This document shows, piece after piece, positions 36,086 to 45,041 of a stretch of 64,000 bases of DNA. The DNA comes from Planctomycetota bacterium (lineage in GTDB: Bacteria; Planctomycetota; UBA8108; SXIK01): assembly GCA_965223265.1 (NCBI GenBank), contig OZ244999.1, forward strand, positions 4,000,001-4,064,000, written 5' to 3'. Below the pieces are notes generated by a model, which was given only the letters and a program-made list of their open reading frames with translations, was not told where the DNA came from and did not search any database. Numbering within the stretch: position 1 is the first letter of the stretch; the number at the start of each line of letters is the position of its first letter. Made by a program: the position numbers and the translations under genes.

Positions 36086-37462
36086 TCACTCGGGACTCAC
36101 CGTCTCCGCCCACGTTTCGTGAAGCTTTCGCAGCCTGGCCACAAGTTGAGGCTTCTCAGCGGCGTAGTCTCGTCGTTCCGGCTTCTCGTCAGCGAGGCTG
36201 TGCAGCGTCATCTTGAGCTGCGCTCGCCGACCTTTACCCTCCATCCTCCCGATCAGCTTCCAGTCACCCTCGCACACTGCCCAGTGATCCTGCCATTGAA
36301 AGTGGAGCACGCCATGCGGCGATGGCGCCTTGTCGAAATGGATCACCGAGAGGAGGCTCCGGCCGTCGAGAGCGATGTTCGGCGGCGTAACCCCACACAA
36401 GTCCATGAGCGTGGGGTACCAGTCCATAGCGGTGATCGTTTGGTCGCGCACCGCGCCTTGCGGCAGCATCGCCGGATAGCTAATGATCGCCGGCACCCTG
36501 ATTCCGCCTTCAAGAAACGTCCCTTTATGGCCGATCCACGGACCCGTATTGCCCCCGCCACCGTTGGCGCCATAGTCGTGTCCTCGCAGGTAGCCGCTCT
36601 TGTGATTGTCCACCGTGATCTTGTACTGCTCCTCGGAATGGCCGTTGTCACTCATGAAGATGATGATCGTGTTGTTTCGTAGTCCACGAGACTCGAGCTT
36701 GTCGATGACTCGTCCGACGTAGTCGTCGGTGGTGGTCACGATGGCAGCGTAGGACCGCCGCGGTTCCACCAGCTTTTTGTAGCGGGCGACGTGCTTTTTC
36801 AGCGCCTGCTCGGGATAGTGGGGAATGTTCAAGGCAAAATAGAGAAAGAACGGGCGTTGGCGATTTTCGTCGATGAAATCGAGCGCCCGCGCCACGACCA
36901 ACTCCGGAAAGTACTCGCCTTCTCGCCAGATCTCCCGAGTCCCTTCGTAGAGGTCGTGGAACCCCTTTCGATGCAAATGATAGTGCTTGTAGTTGTCGAT
37001 GAAGCCGTCACGGATGCCAAAGAACTGATCAAAGCCCTGCTGCGTCGGGCCGTGCTCTCGGTCAGCCCCTAAGTGCCACTTGCCGAACAATCCGGTTCGG
37101 TATCCGGCGGTGCGAAGGGTCTCTGCGATCGTCACTTCCTCGCGCGCCATGTTCACACCACGCGGTTCATCGATCGTCCGCTGAGCCCAGCTGTTGATAC
37201 CGCCGCGCTGCGGGTGCCGCCCAGTCAACAGCGCAGCGCGCGTTGGACAACAAACCATGTGGGCATACGCCCGCGTAAAACGCACGCCCGACGCCGCCAG
37301 CCGGTCGATGTTCGGCGTGTGAAGGTCCGTCGACCCATAGCACCCCGCATCGAGGGTGCCCTGGTCATCGGTGAGGATGATGACGACGTTCGGCCTCTCG
37401 TCCGCCTGCGCCACAGCTACCGAGATGACCGAGACCGAAAAACACCAAACCGAGAATCTCAT
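36086..37462 (-). CDS. secreted sulfatase (formylglycine-dependent, S1)
   Basis: RPNVVIILTDDQG, CCPTRAALLTGR, GKWHLG, SDNG, EGGIRVP; signal peptide. Confidence 0.93.
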   Translation of the reverse strand: MRFSVWCFSVSVISVAVAQADERPNVVIILTDDQGTLDAGCYGSTDLHTPNIDRLAASGVRFTRAYAHMVCCPTRAALLTGRHPQRGGINSWAQRTIDEPRGVNMAREEVTIAETLRTAGYRTGLFGKWHLGADREHGPTQQGFDQFFGIRDGFIDNYKHYHLHRKGFHDLYEGTREIWREGEYFPELVVARALDFIDENRQRPFFLYFALNIPHYPEQALKKHVARYKKLVEPRRSYAAIVTTTDDYVGRVIDKLESRGLRNNTIIIFMSDNGHSEEQYKITVDNHKSGYLRGHDYGANGGGGNTGPWIGHKGTFLEGGIRVPAIISYPAMLPQGAVRDQTITAMDWYPTLMDLCGVTPPNIALDGRSLLSVIHFDKAPSPHGVLHFQWQDHWAVCEGDWKLIGRMEGKGRRAQLKMTLHSLADEKPERRDYAAEKPQLVARLRKLHETWAETVSPE

Positions 37463-37811
37463 GCCGCCTCGCCTCCTTCGTCAGCTATTCGGAATCGTGC
37501 ACGCGTCCGCAAACTGTTCCACAAAGCTCCAACGTACCGAATCGCGATCGCCCAGCCAAGCCGACTTCGATGTTGGGCTGGGCCAAGAGTGGTGGCCTCC
37601 ATCCAGACAGAGGTCGGGAATCCACAGGGTTTCTCCAGCGTCCCAACTCGAACCCGAGGTGAGATCGAAGCCGCCGACGGCATCTCGATCCGCCTCTCAC
37701 GACCGTGCGGCAGAATTTGGCGTGACTACGAGGTTGCGCCGCTGCTGAATCTCGCTATGCTGAGTCTGTCTTTCAGTCATTCAGCTTCGATCGCTGAAAG
37801 GAGACAAGTTG

Positions 37812-37847
37812 ATGAACAAGCAAGCTGATTTCCCACGACTCGACTAA
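37812..37847 (+). promoter_or_regulatory. candidate leader peptide ORF (MNKQADFPRLD) upstream of the ABC exporter
   Basis: AAAGGAG 8 nt before the ATG; upstream GTCTGTCTTTCAG can pair with CTGAAAGGAGAC and cover the SD. Confidence 0.35.
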
Positions 37848-38173
37848 CTCCTCGTGAGCTTGCGATTCGTCCGGGAGCGCCGTTCGCCCTCAACACTAGC
37901 TCAGCCCGACAAACTCGGCGACAACTCGTAGCGGGCTGCTGCACTGAGGACGACGCCGAACCTGAGGACCGCCGAGGGTCCCCAGGGCTTGGAGCCAGTT
38001 GAAAAGCGCTGTCGGATCGCCGAAGCCCGCTCACGAGCGAGTGGGCTCTCAGGCTGTTGAGCCAGCCCCATCGCGACGTTGCTGCCGCCCGGCCCGTAGT
38101 GCCGCAGCGATAGGACGAGCGCGCACAGCGGGTTCAACCATGTCGTCGGGGCCGCTCGCGTCGATGTGTCGAG

Positions 38174-40096
38174 ATGATCACAGACACCACCGACGGTAGG
38201 GAACCTTCTAGCGCTAGGCTAGCCGTGCCAAACACCAAACCGCGCCGACCATCAACGGCGGCGCAAAACCACACGCTATGGTCACTCACTCGCGGACAAC
38301 GCCTGCGCTACGGCGCGGCGATTCTAGCGATGGCCATCGCGAATCTCTTTGTCTTCGCCGTGCCGCTGATCTCGCGGTCGGTCATCGACGACACTCTCGG
38401 CACCACGGGCCGCGTCGGCTGGATCGACCGATTGAGCGCCGAGATCTTCGGTGAAGCTTCGACCGCGTTGACACTTCTCGTCGCCGCAGGCCTGACAATC
38501 TTGCTGACGCTTTGCGCTGGTTTTTTTACCTATCTTCGTGGTCGCTGGACGGCGATCAGTTCGGAGTCGATCGTCCGCCGACTCAGAGATCACCTCTACG
38601 ATCACCTCGGCAAACTGCCTTGCTCCTATCACGACCGTGCGGACACAGGGGATCTCGTGCAGCGCTGCACGTCAGATGTCGAGACGATCCGTGTCTTTCT
38701 GGCGGCTCATGTGGTGACGATCGGGCGAGCCATTCTTCTCTTACTGACCGTCCTACCGATCATGGCGTGGCTCGACGCGCGGTTGGCCGTTGTCGCAGTC
38801 GCGGTGTTTCCGATCGTCATTCTGTTCGCCTTCTACTTTTTTCAGCGAATCAAGAGCCTGTTTCAGCTGGTCGACCAGGCGGAGGGGCAAATGACCACCG
38901 TGCTGCAGGAAAACCTGACCGGAATCCGGGTGGTCCGCGCATTTGCCCGCCAAGAGCACGAGTGCACCAAGTTCGCAGCGAAAAACAAACTCTTTCGCGA
39001 TCACAACCATCGGCTCATTCGGCTCCTGGGCGTCTACTGGGCGACGTCAGATTTCCTCTGTGAGGCGCAGCTGGGAATGGTCCTCGCTGGAGGCGCGTAT
39101 TGGATGACGCAGGGCGAGTTGACGGCCGGGGATCTGTTTGCGTTTCTGACCTTCGAGATGATCATCATCTGGCCGGTGAGACACATGGGACGAGTCCTCG
39201 CCGACCTCGGCAAAGCAAGCGTCTCACTCGGGAGAGTGCGCGAGATTCTCTCGGAGCCCGAAGAGTCGAATCTCACTCCCTCCGCATCTTCACGCTCAAG
39301 CCTTGTCCGCGGTGCTGGCCGACTCAAAGTGAGCCACTTGAGGTTCGCATACGACGATGGCGAAAACGTGCTGGACGATGTCAGTTTTGACCTCGACCGC
39401 GGCGAAACGCTCGCGCTTCTTGGTCCGCCAGGTGCTGGCAAATCGACGCTGATCCACCTGCTGCTACGTCTCTATGATGCTGACCGCGGCATGGTCTACT
39501 TGGATGGATGCGACGTATTAGACTTGCCGCGAAGCTTCGTGCGTTCCCAGTTCGCCGTCGTCCTGCAGGAACCTTTTCTCTACTCGCGCACCATCGCGGC
39601 GAATATCCGCGTCGCCAACCAAGAGGCGCACCACAGTGAGATTGAGGAGGTGGCATCGACGGCCGACATGCACACAGCGATCACAAATTTCGACTATCGC
39701 TACGACACGATCGTCGGCGAACGCGGCGTCACGCTGTCCGGCGGGCAACGGCAGCGCATTGCACTGGCAAGAGCGCTCCTCAAGCATGCGCCGATCCTGA
39801 TCCTCGACGACGCATTCAGCGCGGTGGACACCAACACCGAGGCTGAGATCTTGAAGGCTTTGAGCGATCGTCGCGGATTGAGAACGACAATCGTCATCGC
39901 CCATCGTCTCTCGACGGTGCGCCACGCCGACCACGTTCTCTTTCTCGACCAGGGCCGCGTCGTTCAGTCCGGTACCCACGCACAACTGATTGAGACGACC
40001 GGAGCCTACCGCCGACTCTGGGAGATCCAAACGACGATCGAAAAAGAGCTGAAGAGTTCCCCTCCCAGCGACGCGGCGTCCGAGGTGCCCTCATGA
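38174..40096 (+). CDS. ABC exporter, fused permease/ATPase (heterodimer subunit 1)
   Basis: TM domain plus GPPGAGKST, LSGGQRQR, ILDDAFSAVD (degenerate Walker B); start uncertain. Confidence 0.92.
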   Translation: MITDTTDGREPSSARLAVPNTKPRRPSTAAQNHTLWSLTRGQRLRYGAAILAMAIANLFVFAVPLISRSVIDDTLGTTGRVGWIDRLSAEIFGEASTALTLLVAAGLTILLTLCAGFFTYLRGRWTAISSESIVRRLRDHLYDHLGKLPCSYHDRADTGDLVQRCTSDVETIRVFLAAHVVTIGRAILLLLTVLPIMAWLDARLAVVAVAVFPIVILFAFYFFQRIKSLFQLVDQAEGQMTTVLQENLTGIRVVRAFARQEHECTKFAAKNKLFRDHNHRLIRLLGVYWATSDFLCEAQLGMVLAGGAYWMTQGELTAGDLFAFLTFEMIIIWPVRHMGRVLADLGKASVSLGRVREILSEPEESNLTPSASSRSSLVRGAGRLKVSHLRFAYDDGENVLDDVSFDLDRGETLALLGPPGAGKSTLIHLLLRLYDADRGMVYLDGCDVLDLPRSFVRSQFAVVLQEPFLYSRTIAANIRVANQEAHHSEIEEVASTADMHTAITNFDYRYDTIVGERGVTLSGGQRQRIALARALLKHAPILILDDAFSAVDTNTEAEILKALSDRRGLRTTIVIAHRLSTVRHADHVLFLDQGRVVQSGTHAQLIETTGAYRRLWEIQTTIEKELKSSPPSDAASEVPS

Positions 40097-42006
40097 ACGT
40101 TGAGCTCGTCGATACGACCCAACGTGAGCAACAGACGCGTTCGACGATCGATTGGGCCGTCTGGAAGAAGCTTTGGGGCTACACCCGACCGTACCGTTCT
40201 ACGGTCGTCGGTCTCGGCGCACTGGCTGTCGGCATCGCCGTTCTTGAGACGCTCTATCCTCTCTTGACGCGCCACGTCGTCGACGAGACGGCCGCCCGGG
40301 GTCGCGACGCGCCCATCATAACCTACGCCCTCGTCTACCTCGCGCTGACCGCCGTTTTCTCTCTTTGCGTCTTCGGCTTCATCAACTTCGCGGCCAAGAT
40401 CAAATCCCATGTCAGCCACGACATCCGCCGCGACGGGTTCGAGAATCTGCAGCGCTTGTCGTTCTCGTTCTATGACCGCTCGTCGGTCGGCTGGCTCATG
40501 TCCCGGATGACGTCTGACTGCGAACGTCTGTCAAACATTCTCGCGTGGGGAGTGGTGGACCTGATTTGGGGGACGACCCTCATGGTCGGTATCGCGACCG
40601 TGATGCTGATTCTCAACATCAAGCTCGCCCTGGCGGTGCTCGCGATCGTCCCTGTGCTCGCAGTCGTGAGCCGTTACTTTCAAAAGCGCATACTGCGGAG
40701 CGCTCGCCTCGTGCGTAAAACGAATTCACGCCTGACTGCAGCGTACAACGAAGGATTGATGGGAAACCGTACGAGCAAGGTCTTTGGGCGCGAAGAGGAG
40801 AATCTGAGCGACTTCCGAGAACTCTCAACCAAGATGTCGGTCGTATCTGTACGCAACGCCCTCTATTCGGCTCTTTTCCTACCAGTGGTGTTGACGCTCG
40901 GAAGCGTCGCGACTGGCGTCGCACTGGCACTCGGAGGCTACGACGTCGTCCTCGGTTCGATTTCGGTCGGCACGCTGTTCGCATTCATGATCTACGCGCG
41001 CCACTTCTTCGAGCCGATTCAAGAAATGGCCTACTGGTTCGCAGAGCTGCAGATGGCGCAGGCCTCCGCGGAACGGATCATCGGTCTCATCGAGGAGAAA
41101 CCAGAAGTCGCGAATTCAGCAGCCGTATTAGCGAAGATCGAGACTGAGCACCGCCGTCGCACGTCAGCAGCGGGCAGCGCCTCAGCTCACGGCGCGAATG
41201 GTGCAGGTAACGTCGCCAAAACGGCGAGTTCAGGCCTCGCGATCGATGGGATGGCAGAACAGATCGACCTCATCGAATTCGTTGACGTTGGGTTCGCCTA
41301 CGTCGAGAGCAGTCCCGTGCTCGTCGACTTCAACCTGCGCGTTAAGGCAGGCGAAAGAATTGCACTCGTCGGCGCCACGGGCGGTGGCAAGAGTACGATC
41401 ATCAGCCTGTTGTGCCGTTTCTACGAGCCGGCAAACGGCGAAATTCGATTCAACGGCGTCGACTATCGAGAGCGCAGCCTTTCGTGGCTGCAGTCGAACC
41501 TCGGAATTGTGCTGCAGTCGCCACACCTCTTCAGTGGCACTGTTGCGGAAAACATTCGCTACGGCCGGCTCGAGGCGACAGACGAAGAGGTTCGACAAGC
41601 GGCTCGTCTGGCCGCGGCCGACGACCTCATCGACAACTTTCCTCGGGGATTCGACACGGAAGTCGGCGAAGGTGGCGACCTGCTGTCAACTGGAGAGAAA
41701 CAACTCGTCTCGATCGCGCGAGCCATTCTGGCCCGGCCACAAATCCTCGTCATGGACGAAGCGACGTCGTCGGTCGATACCGAGACCGAACGGCTCATTC
41801 AACGTGGACTGGAAAACATGCTCAGTGGACGTACGAGCTTCGTGGTCGCCCATCGGCTCTCGACGGTTCGCAACGCGGATCGAATCCTCGTGATCGAGGA
41901 CGGGCGCATGGCGGAGACCGGCACCCACGACGAACTGCTGGCACGGCGCGGCCACTACTTCAATCTCTACGTCCAGCAAAGCGCCGACCTTGGCGGACGG
42001 ATTTAG
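40093..42006 (+). CDS. ABC exporter, fused permease/ATPase (heterodimer subunit 2)
   Basis: GATGGGKST, LSTGEKQ (degenerate signature), VMDEATSSVD; ATGA overlap with subunit 1. Confidence 0.92.
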   Translation: MNVELVDTTQREQQTRSTIDWAVWKKLWGYTRPYRSTVVGLGALAVGIAVLETLYPLLTRHVVDETAARGRDAPIITYALVYLALTAVFSLCVFGFINFAAKIKSHVSHDIRRDGFENLQRLSFSFYDRSSVGWLMSRMTSDCERLSNILAWGVVDLIWGTTLMVGIATVMLILNIKLALAVLAIVPVLAVVSRYFQKRILRSARLVRKTNSRLTAAYNEGLMGNRTSKVFGREEENLSDFRELSTKMSVVSVRNALYSALFLPVVLTLGSVATGVALALGGYDVVLGSISVGTLFAFMIYARHFFEPIQEMAYWFAELQMAQASAERIIGLIEEKPEVANSAAVLAKIETEHRRRTSAAGSASAHGANGAGNVAKTASSGLAIDGMAEQIDLIEFVDVGFAYVESSPVLVDFNLRVKAGERIALVGATGGGKSTIISLLCRFYEPANGEIRFNGVDYRERSLSWLQSNLGIVLQSPHLFSGTVAENIRYGRLEATDEEVRQAARLAAADDLIDNFPRGFDTEVGEGGDLLSTGEKQLVSIARAILARPQILVMDEATSSVDTETERLIQRGLENMLSGRTSFVVAHRLSTVRNADRILVIEDGRMAETGTHDELLARRGHYFNLYVQQSADLGGRI

Positions 42007-42260
42007 CCTCGAGTTTGGCCATTTCGCGCCGGCCTGGCCGGACGAGTTTCACGGGGGTTCCGAGGCCCTTTCGACTTTTTCGTACCCTGAGAACCCTTGT
42101 GCCCATTCAAAAACTCCTGTCCGGCCCTTCGGGGAACGCCAGGAGCGCCGATGCCTGCGTCACTCCTCCGCCACGATCGCAGCGGGATCGCGTTGTCGTC
42201 GTTCCTTGGCCTCGACGCTCCTGGCGTTCCCAGGCTCGACGCGAAATGGCCAAACTCGAG
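42007..42260. mobile_element. miniature palindromic element, family B, complete copy
   Basis: Perfect 21-bp inverted repeat CTCGAGTTTGGCCATTTCGCG (42008-42028 / 42240-42260); internal 16-bp perfect stem (42132-42147 / 42216-42231); TTAG on both sides. Confidence 0.8.
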
Positions 42261-42264
42261 TTAG

Positions 42265-42422
42265 CAGCCCGTTGAAAAAGTCATTCGGCCGAAAACTGGC
42301 CTCTTCGCGCCCAGCTCGACCGCGTCAATACTCGAAAATCTCGGAGATTACCTGCGTTTGCCGCGGCCGATCTGGACGCGAAGAGACCAGTTTTCGGCTC
42401 GAAGCACTTTTTCAACAGGCTG
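42265..42422. mobile_element. miniature palindromic element, family A, complete copy 2
   Basis: Near-identical to 22742-22901; flanked by TTAG on both sides. Confidence 0.85.
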
Positions 42423-42460
42423 TTAGGACAGGGAGAAGCGTCGACTGCCTCGGTCTCCGC

Positions 42461-43264
42461 TCATGACCTCCCCGCGGCGGCGCGATAGTAAGCACGCCAC
42501 CAACCGGCGAGATCCTTCGCATCGTCGATGTGTCGAGGGTACTTTGGGCTGCGAAAGCGATTGAGGAGAGCGGCTCGCACGACGACCCCGAGTGGGAACC
42601 CGTCTTTTCGCTTGAGAACCACGCGGTAGGCCTTCCGCAGCTCGACGAACCTGCCAGCGACATCATCGAATCTTGCACCCGCCAATCCCGGCACGTAATA
42701 GACCACCCGATCGTTGGCTTGGTCAAACTGCCCCACCGGCTGGAAGCAAATGATCTGCAGCTCAGTGAGGCGTGTGCGTCTGCGATCTTCGATACGCTGC
42801 ATCAACGCGGGCACCAGCCCCGGACGCACCTCCCAAAGTTGCCGATATGCCTCCTGCGCCTCTTCTACCTCCGCAACCAGAAGGCGATCGAGCCAGTCGT
42901 CGACGCTCAGCTGTCGCGGCTCTGCGTCCGGTTCGACAGGCTCCGACCCAGTATCTACGGCACGATCGAAAGCACTCTGCTCCGATTCGTCACGCCGAGC
43001 GCTGTCTGGCCAAGAAGCAGGCTCAGAGCCATTTTGCGCTGAGACATCCGGCGCAGTGAGATCATCCCCCGGATCCGTTTCGTCGGTCCGAACGCCAGGT
43101 CGGTCAGCCTTCGAGTTCGACGCATGCGTCACATCGAGCGTCGTCTCGGGGTTTTTTCGATGATCTGAGCGAGAACAGCTGTTCAAAGCCAACGCAGTCG
43201 TCGTGCACAGGATGACAAACGCCCGGCGGTTCGATTGCAGCTGTTTCTCACTGCTTCGCCGCAT
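42461..43264 (-). CDS. hypothetical lipoprotein-like protein
   Basis: Lipobox-like ALALNSC, acidic disordered linker, folded C-terminal domain ending GWWRAYY; start uncertain. Confidence 0.6.
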   Translation of the reverse strand: MRRSSEKQLQSNRRAFVILCTTTALALNSCSRSDHRKNPETTLDVTHASNSKADRPGVRTDETDPGDDLTAPDVSAQNGSEPASWPDSARRDESEQSAFDRAVDTGSEPVEPDAEPRQLSVDDWLDRLLVAEVEEAQEAYRQLWEVRPGLVPALMQRIEDRRRTRLTELQIICFQPVGQFDQANDRVVYYVPGLAGARFDDVAGRFVELRKAYRVVLKRKDGFPLGVVVRAALLNRFRSPKYPRHIDDAKDLAGWWRAYYRAAAGRS

Positions 43265-44009
43265 CGCTGCTGCTCCGCTCGTTTCCGGCTGAAGTCGACG
43301 AGTCCGGTCCCGTCGCCGCTGTCGGCTCCCCAGCGCCGTCTTCGGCAGTCGCGGACGTCGCGGACGTCGCGGCTGCGCTGTCCGCAACCGACTGCGCGAT
43401 CGGCAGGAGCCTTTGCCCAACCGCCGGGTTCGCCTCCAACACCCGCTGCACCAGTTCGGTCTTGAATCGTTCCGGCGCCGAAGATTTGAAGTAATTCAGT
43501 AGGAGACCGAGCTCTGCTTCGCTCCTCAGCGTACTGTAGTAACCACTCAGCCAATCAAACACCTCACGCTGCGCGGTATCGGCGTCAGCTCGGGCACGAC
43601 CGACCAACTGGTCTTTGCGCGCCGACTCGTCCTTCAGGCGTTCGAGCTCCTGGTTCAACTGCGAAGCCTTGTCGTGGACTTCCGCAAGCTGACGTGTTCG
43701 ACTCGAATCCTGCAGCTTGAGGCGACGGACTTCGTCGGCATCCGCACGCAGCTCCGAGATTTGGGCAGCTGCGCTGTTAAGCTTCTCCACGGCTACGTCG
43801 CGCTCGCGTTTTAGCTGACCAAGCTCGGCGCGAACGGCTTGAAGCTCACCGGCATCGACCTCCGGGACCGTCGGCGCAGCAGTTGTGGTCCGTCGCTGCG
43901 AGTCTTGATTTGAGTCGAATTCGAAAACCCCCATCAAATCGAGACCAAACGCAGCCGAAATCACCACGCCAACGAGAACACCACACAAAAAGAAACCCGA
44001 CTTGTTCAT
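43248..44009 (-). CDS. membrane-anchored coiled-coil hypothetical protein
   Basis: N-terminal hydrophobic helix followed by a long heptad-rich region. Confidence 0.7.
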   Translation of the reverse strand: MNKSGFFLCGVLVGVVISAAFGLDLMGVFEFDSNQDSQRRTTTAAPTVPEVDAGELQAVRAELGQLKRERDVAVEKLNSAAAQISELRADADEVRRLKLQDSSRTRQLAEVHDKASQLNQELERLKDESARKDQLVGRARADADTAQREVFDWLSGYYSTLRSEAELGLLLNYFKSSAPERFKTELVQRVLEANPAVGQRLLPIAQSVADSAAATSATSATAEDGAGEPTAATGPDSSTSAGNERSSSDAAKQ

Positions 44010-44289
44010 AGCTTTTCCCAACATCTCTTCTCTTTGAGCGATGGTGTTGCTGGCTCCGCGGGACAGCACTCACAACGCTCCACTTCGTTATCCCCGCCGC
44101 GCTGGATAGCGTGATTATAGGGAGCGAAGAGGCGCGGCGTCTATCCGTCTAGCCAGCATTTCTCACAAGAATTGGTCGTTCATCATGCAAAGTTCTGTTG
44201 AAGAACGTACACCGTTTTCGGTTCCAACAGAAATCGCTTCGGGAGAGCTGTCATCCAGCGGTATGATGCGGCACAGATCGGAGGTGAAC

Positions 44290-44964
44290 ATGGTAGCGAA
44301 ATGTCCCAAATGCGGCCGAAAAGCGCGCCGAAGGTGCCCCGCGCTGGTCGGGAACATCTGTTCGCGCTGCTGCGGCGAATTGAGGCTGCGCGAGCTCGAC
44401 TGTCCGGCCGACTGCGTGTTTCTCGAAGGTGAAGGGTACCAGCAAAAGCGACGGCACGAGCGCTCGATGTCGGTGGGACGCCCCCTCCTCGAAGTGACGA
44501 AGCACGCCGCCAAGTCTGACGCTGATTGGAGATTCCTCATGACGCTTCAGGCGGAGGTTTTCGCTTTCTCCCAATCCGACGGCAGCTTGGATGACGACGC
44601 GATTGTGCGCGGTCTTGACGGATTCAAGGGCTTGATCGGCAGAATCTATGTAGCGTCGACTCTACCGACACGACTGGCGCAACACCTCGAAGAACGAGCC
44701 GACTCGCGAGAGGAGCTTTCGGCTTCGGCGGCGCTGCCAGACGAACGGCGCGTCGAGCTCGTCGACAGTCTCATCAGCGTGGTGAAAAAACAGGCGCGCC
44801 AACGCGAGCCTTACACAGACCTGCTCACGTCGTTCTTCACCCAGCTGGACCTCGAACGCGACCTTGGGGTATCGATAGAGGACTCCCGCGACACAGACAC
44901 GGCGACTCCGGAGGCCGGTTTCCACCGCCGCGCGAGTGGCCTCATCGTACCGCCAAACGGATAG
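44290..44964 (+). CDS. hypothetical protein with Cys-rich N-terminal (Zn-binding) domain
   Basis: GGAGGTG RBS; CPKC...CPAL...CSRCC...CPADC. Confidence 0.75.
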   Translation: MVAKCPKCGRKARRRCPALVGNICSRCCGELRLRELDCPADCVFLEGEGYQQKRRHERSMSVGRPLLEVTKHAAKSDADWRFLMTLQAEVFAFSQSDGSLDDDAIVRGLDGFKGLIGRIYVASTLPTRLAQHLEERADSREELSASAALPDERRVELVDSLISVVKKQARQREPYTDLLTSFFTQLDLERDLGVSIEDSRDTDTATPEAGFHRRASGLIVPPNG

Positions 44965-45041
44965 CCCGACGTCGCCGACCTCGGCACCATTCGAGTCAGT
45001 GCGCCGCCGCACTCTGGATAGCCCGCAGCAGAGATTTCCCG

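Noticed and set aside
34119-36113. Long antisense ORFs (294, 377 and 364 aa) over the dockerin protein
   Set aside because: Shadow frames typical of GC-rich coding DNA; the plus strand carries the recognisable domains.
37073-37828. 251-aa plus-strand ORF overlapping the sulfatase start
   Set aside because: Half of it is antisense to the sulfatase, it is Arg/Pro-rich and it has no motifs.
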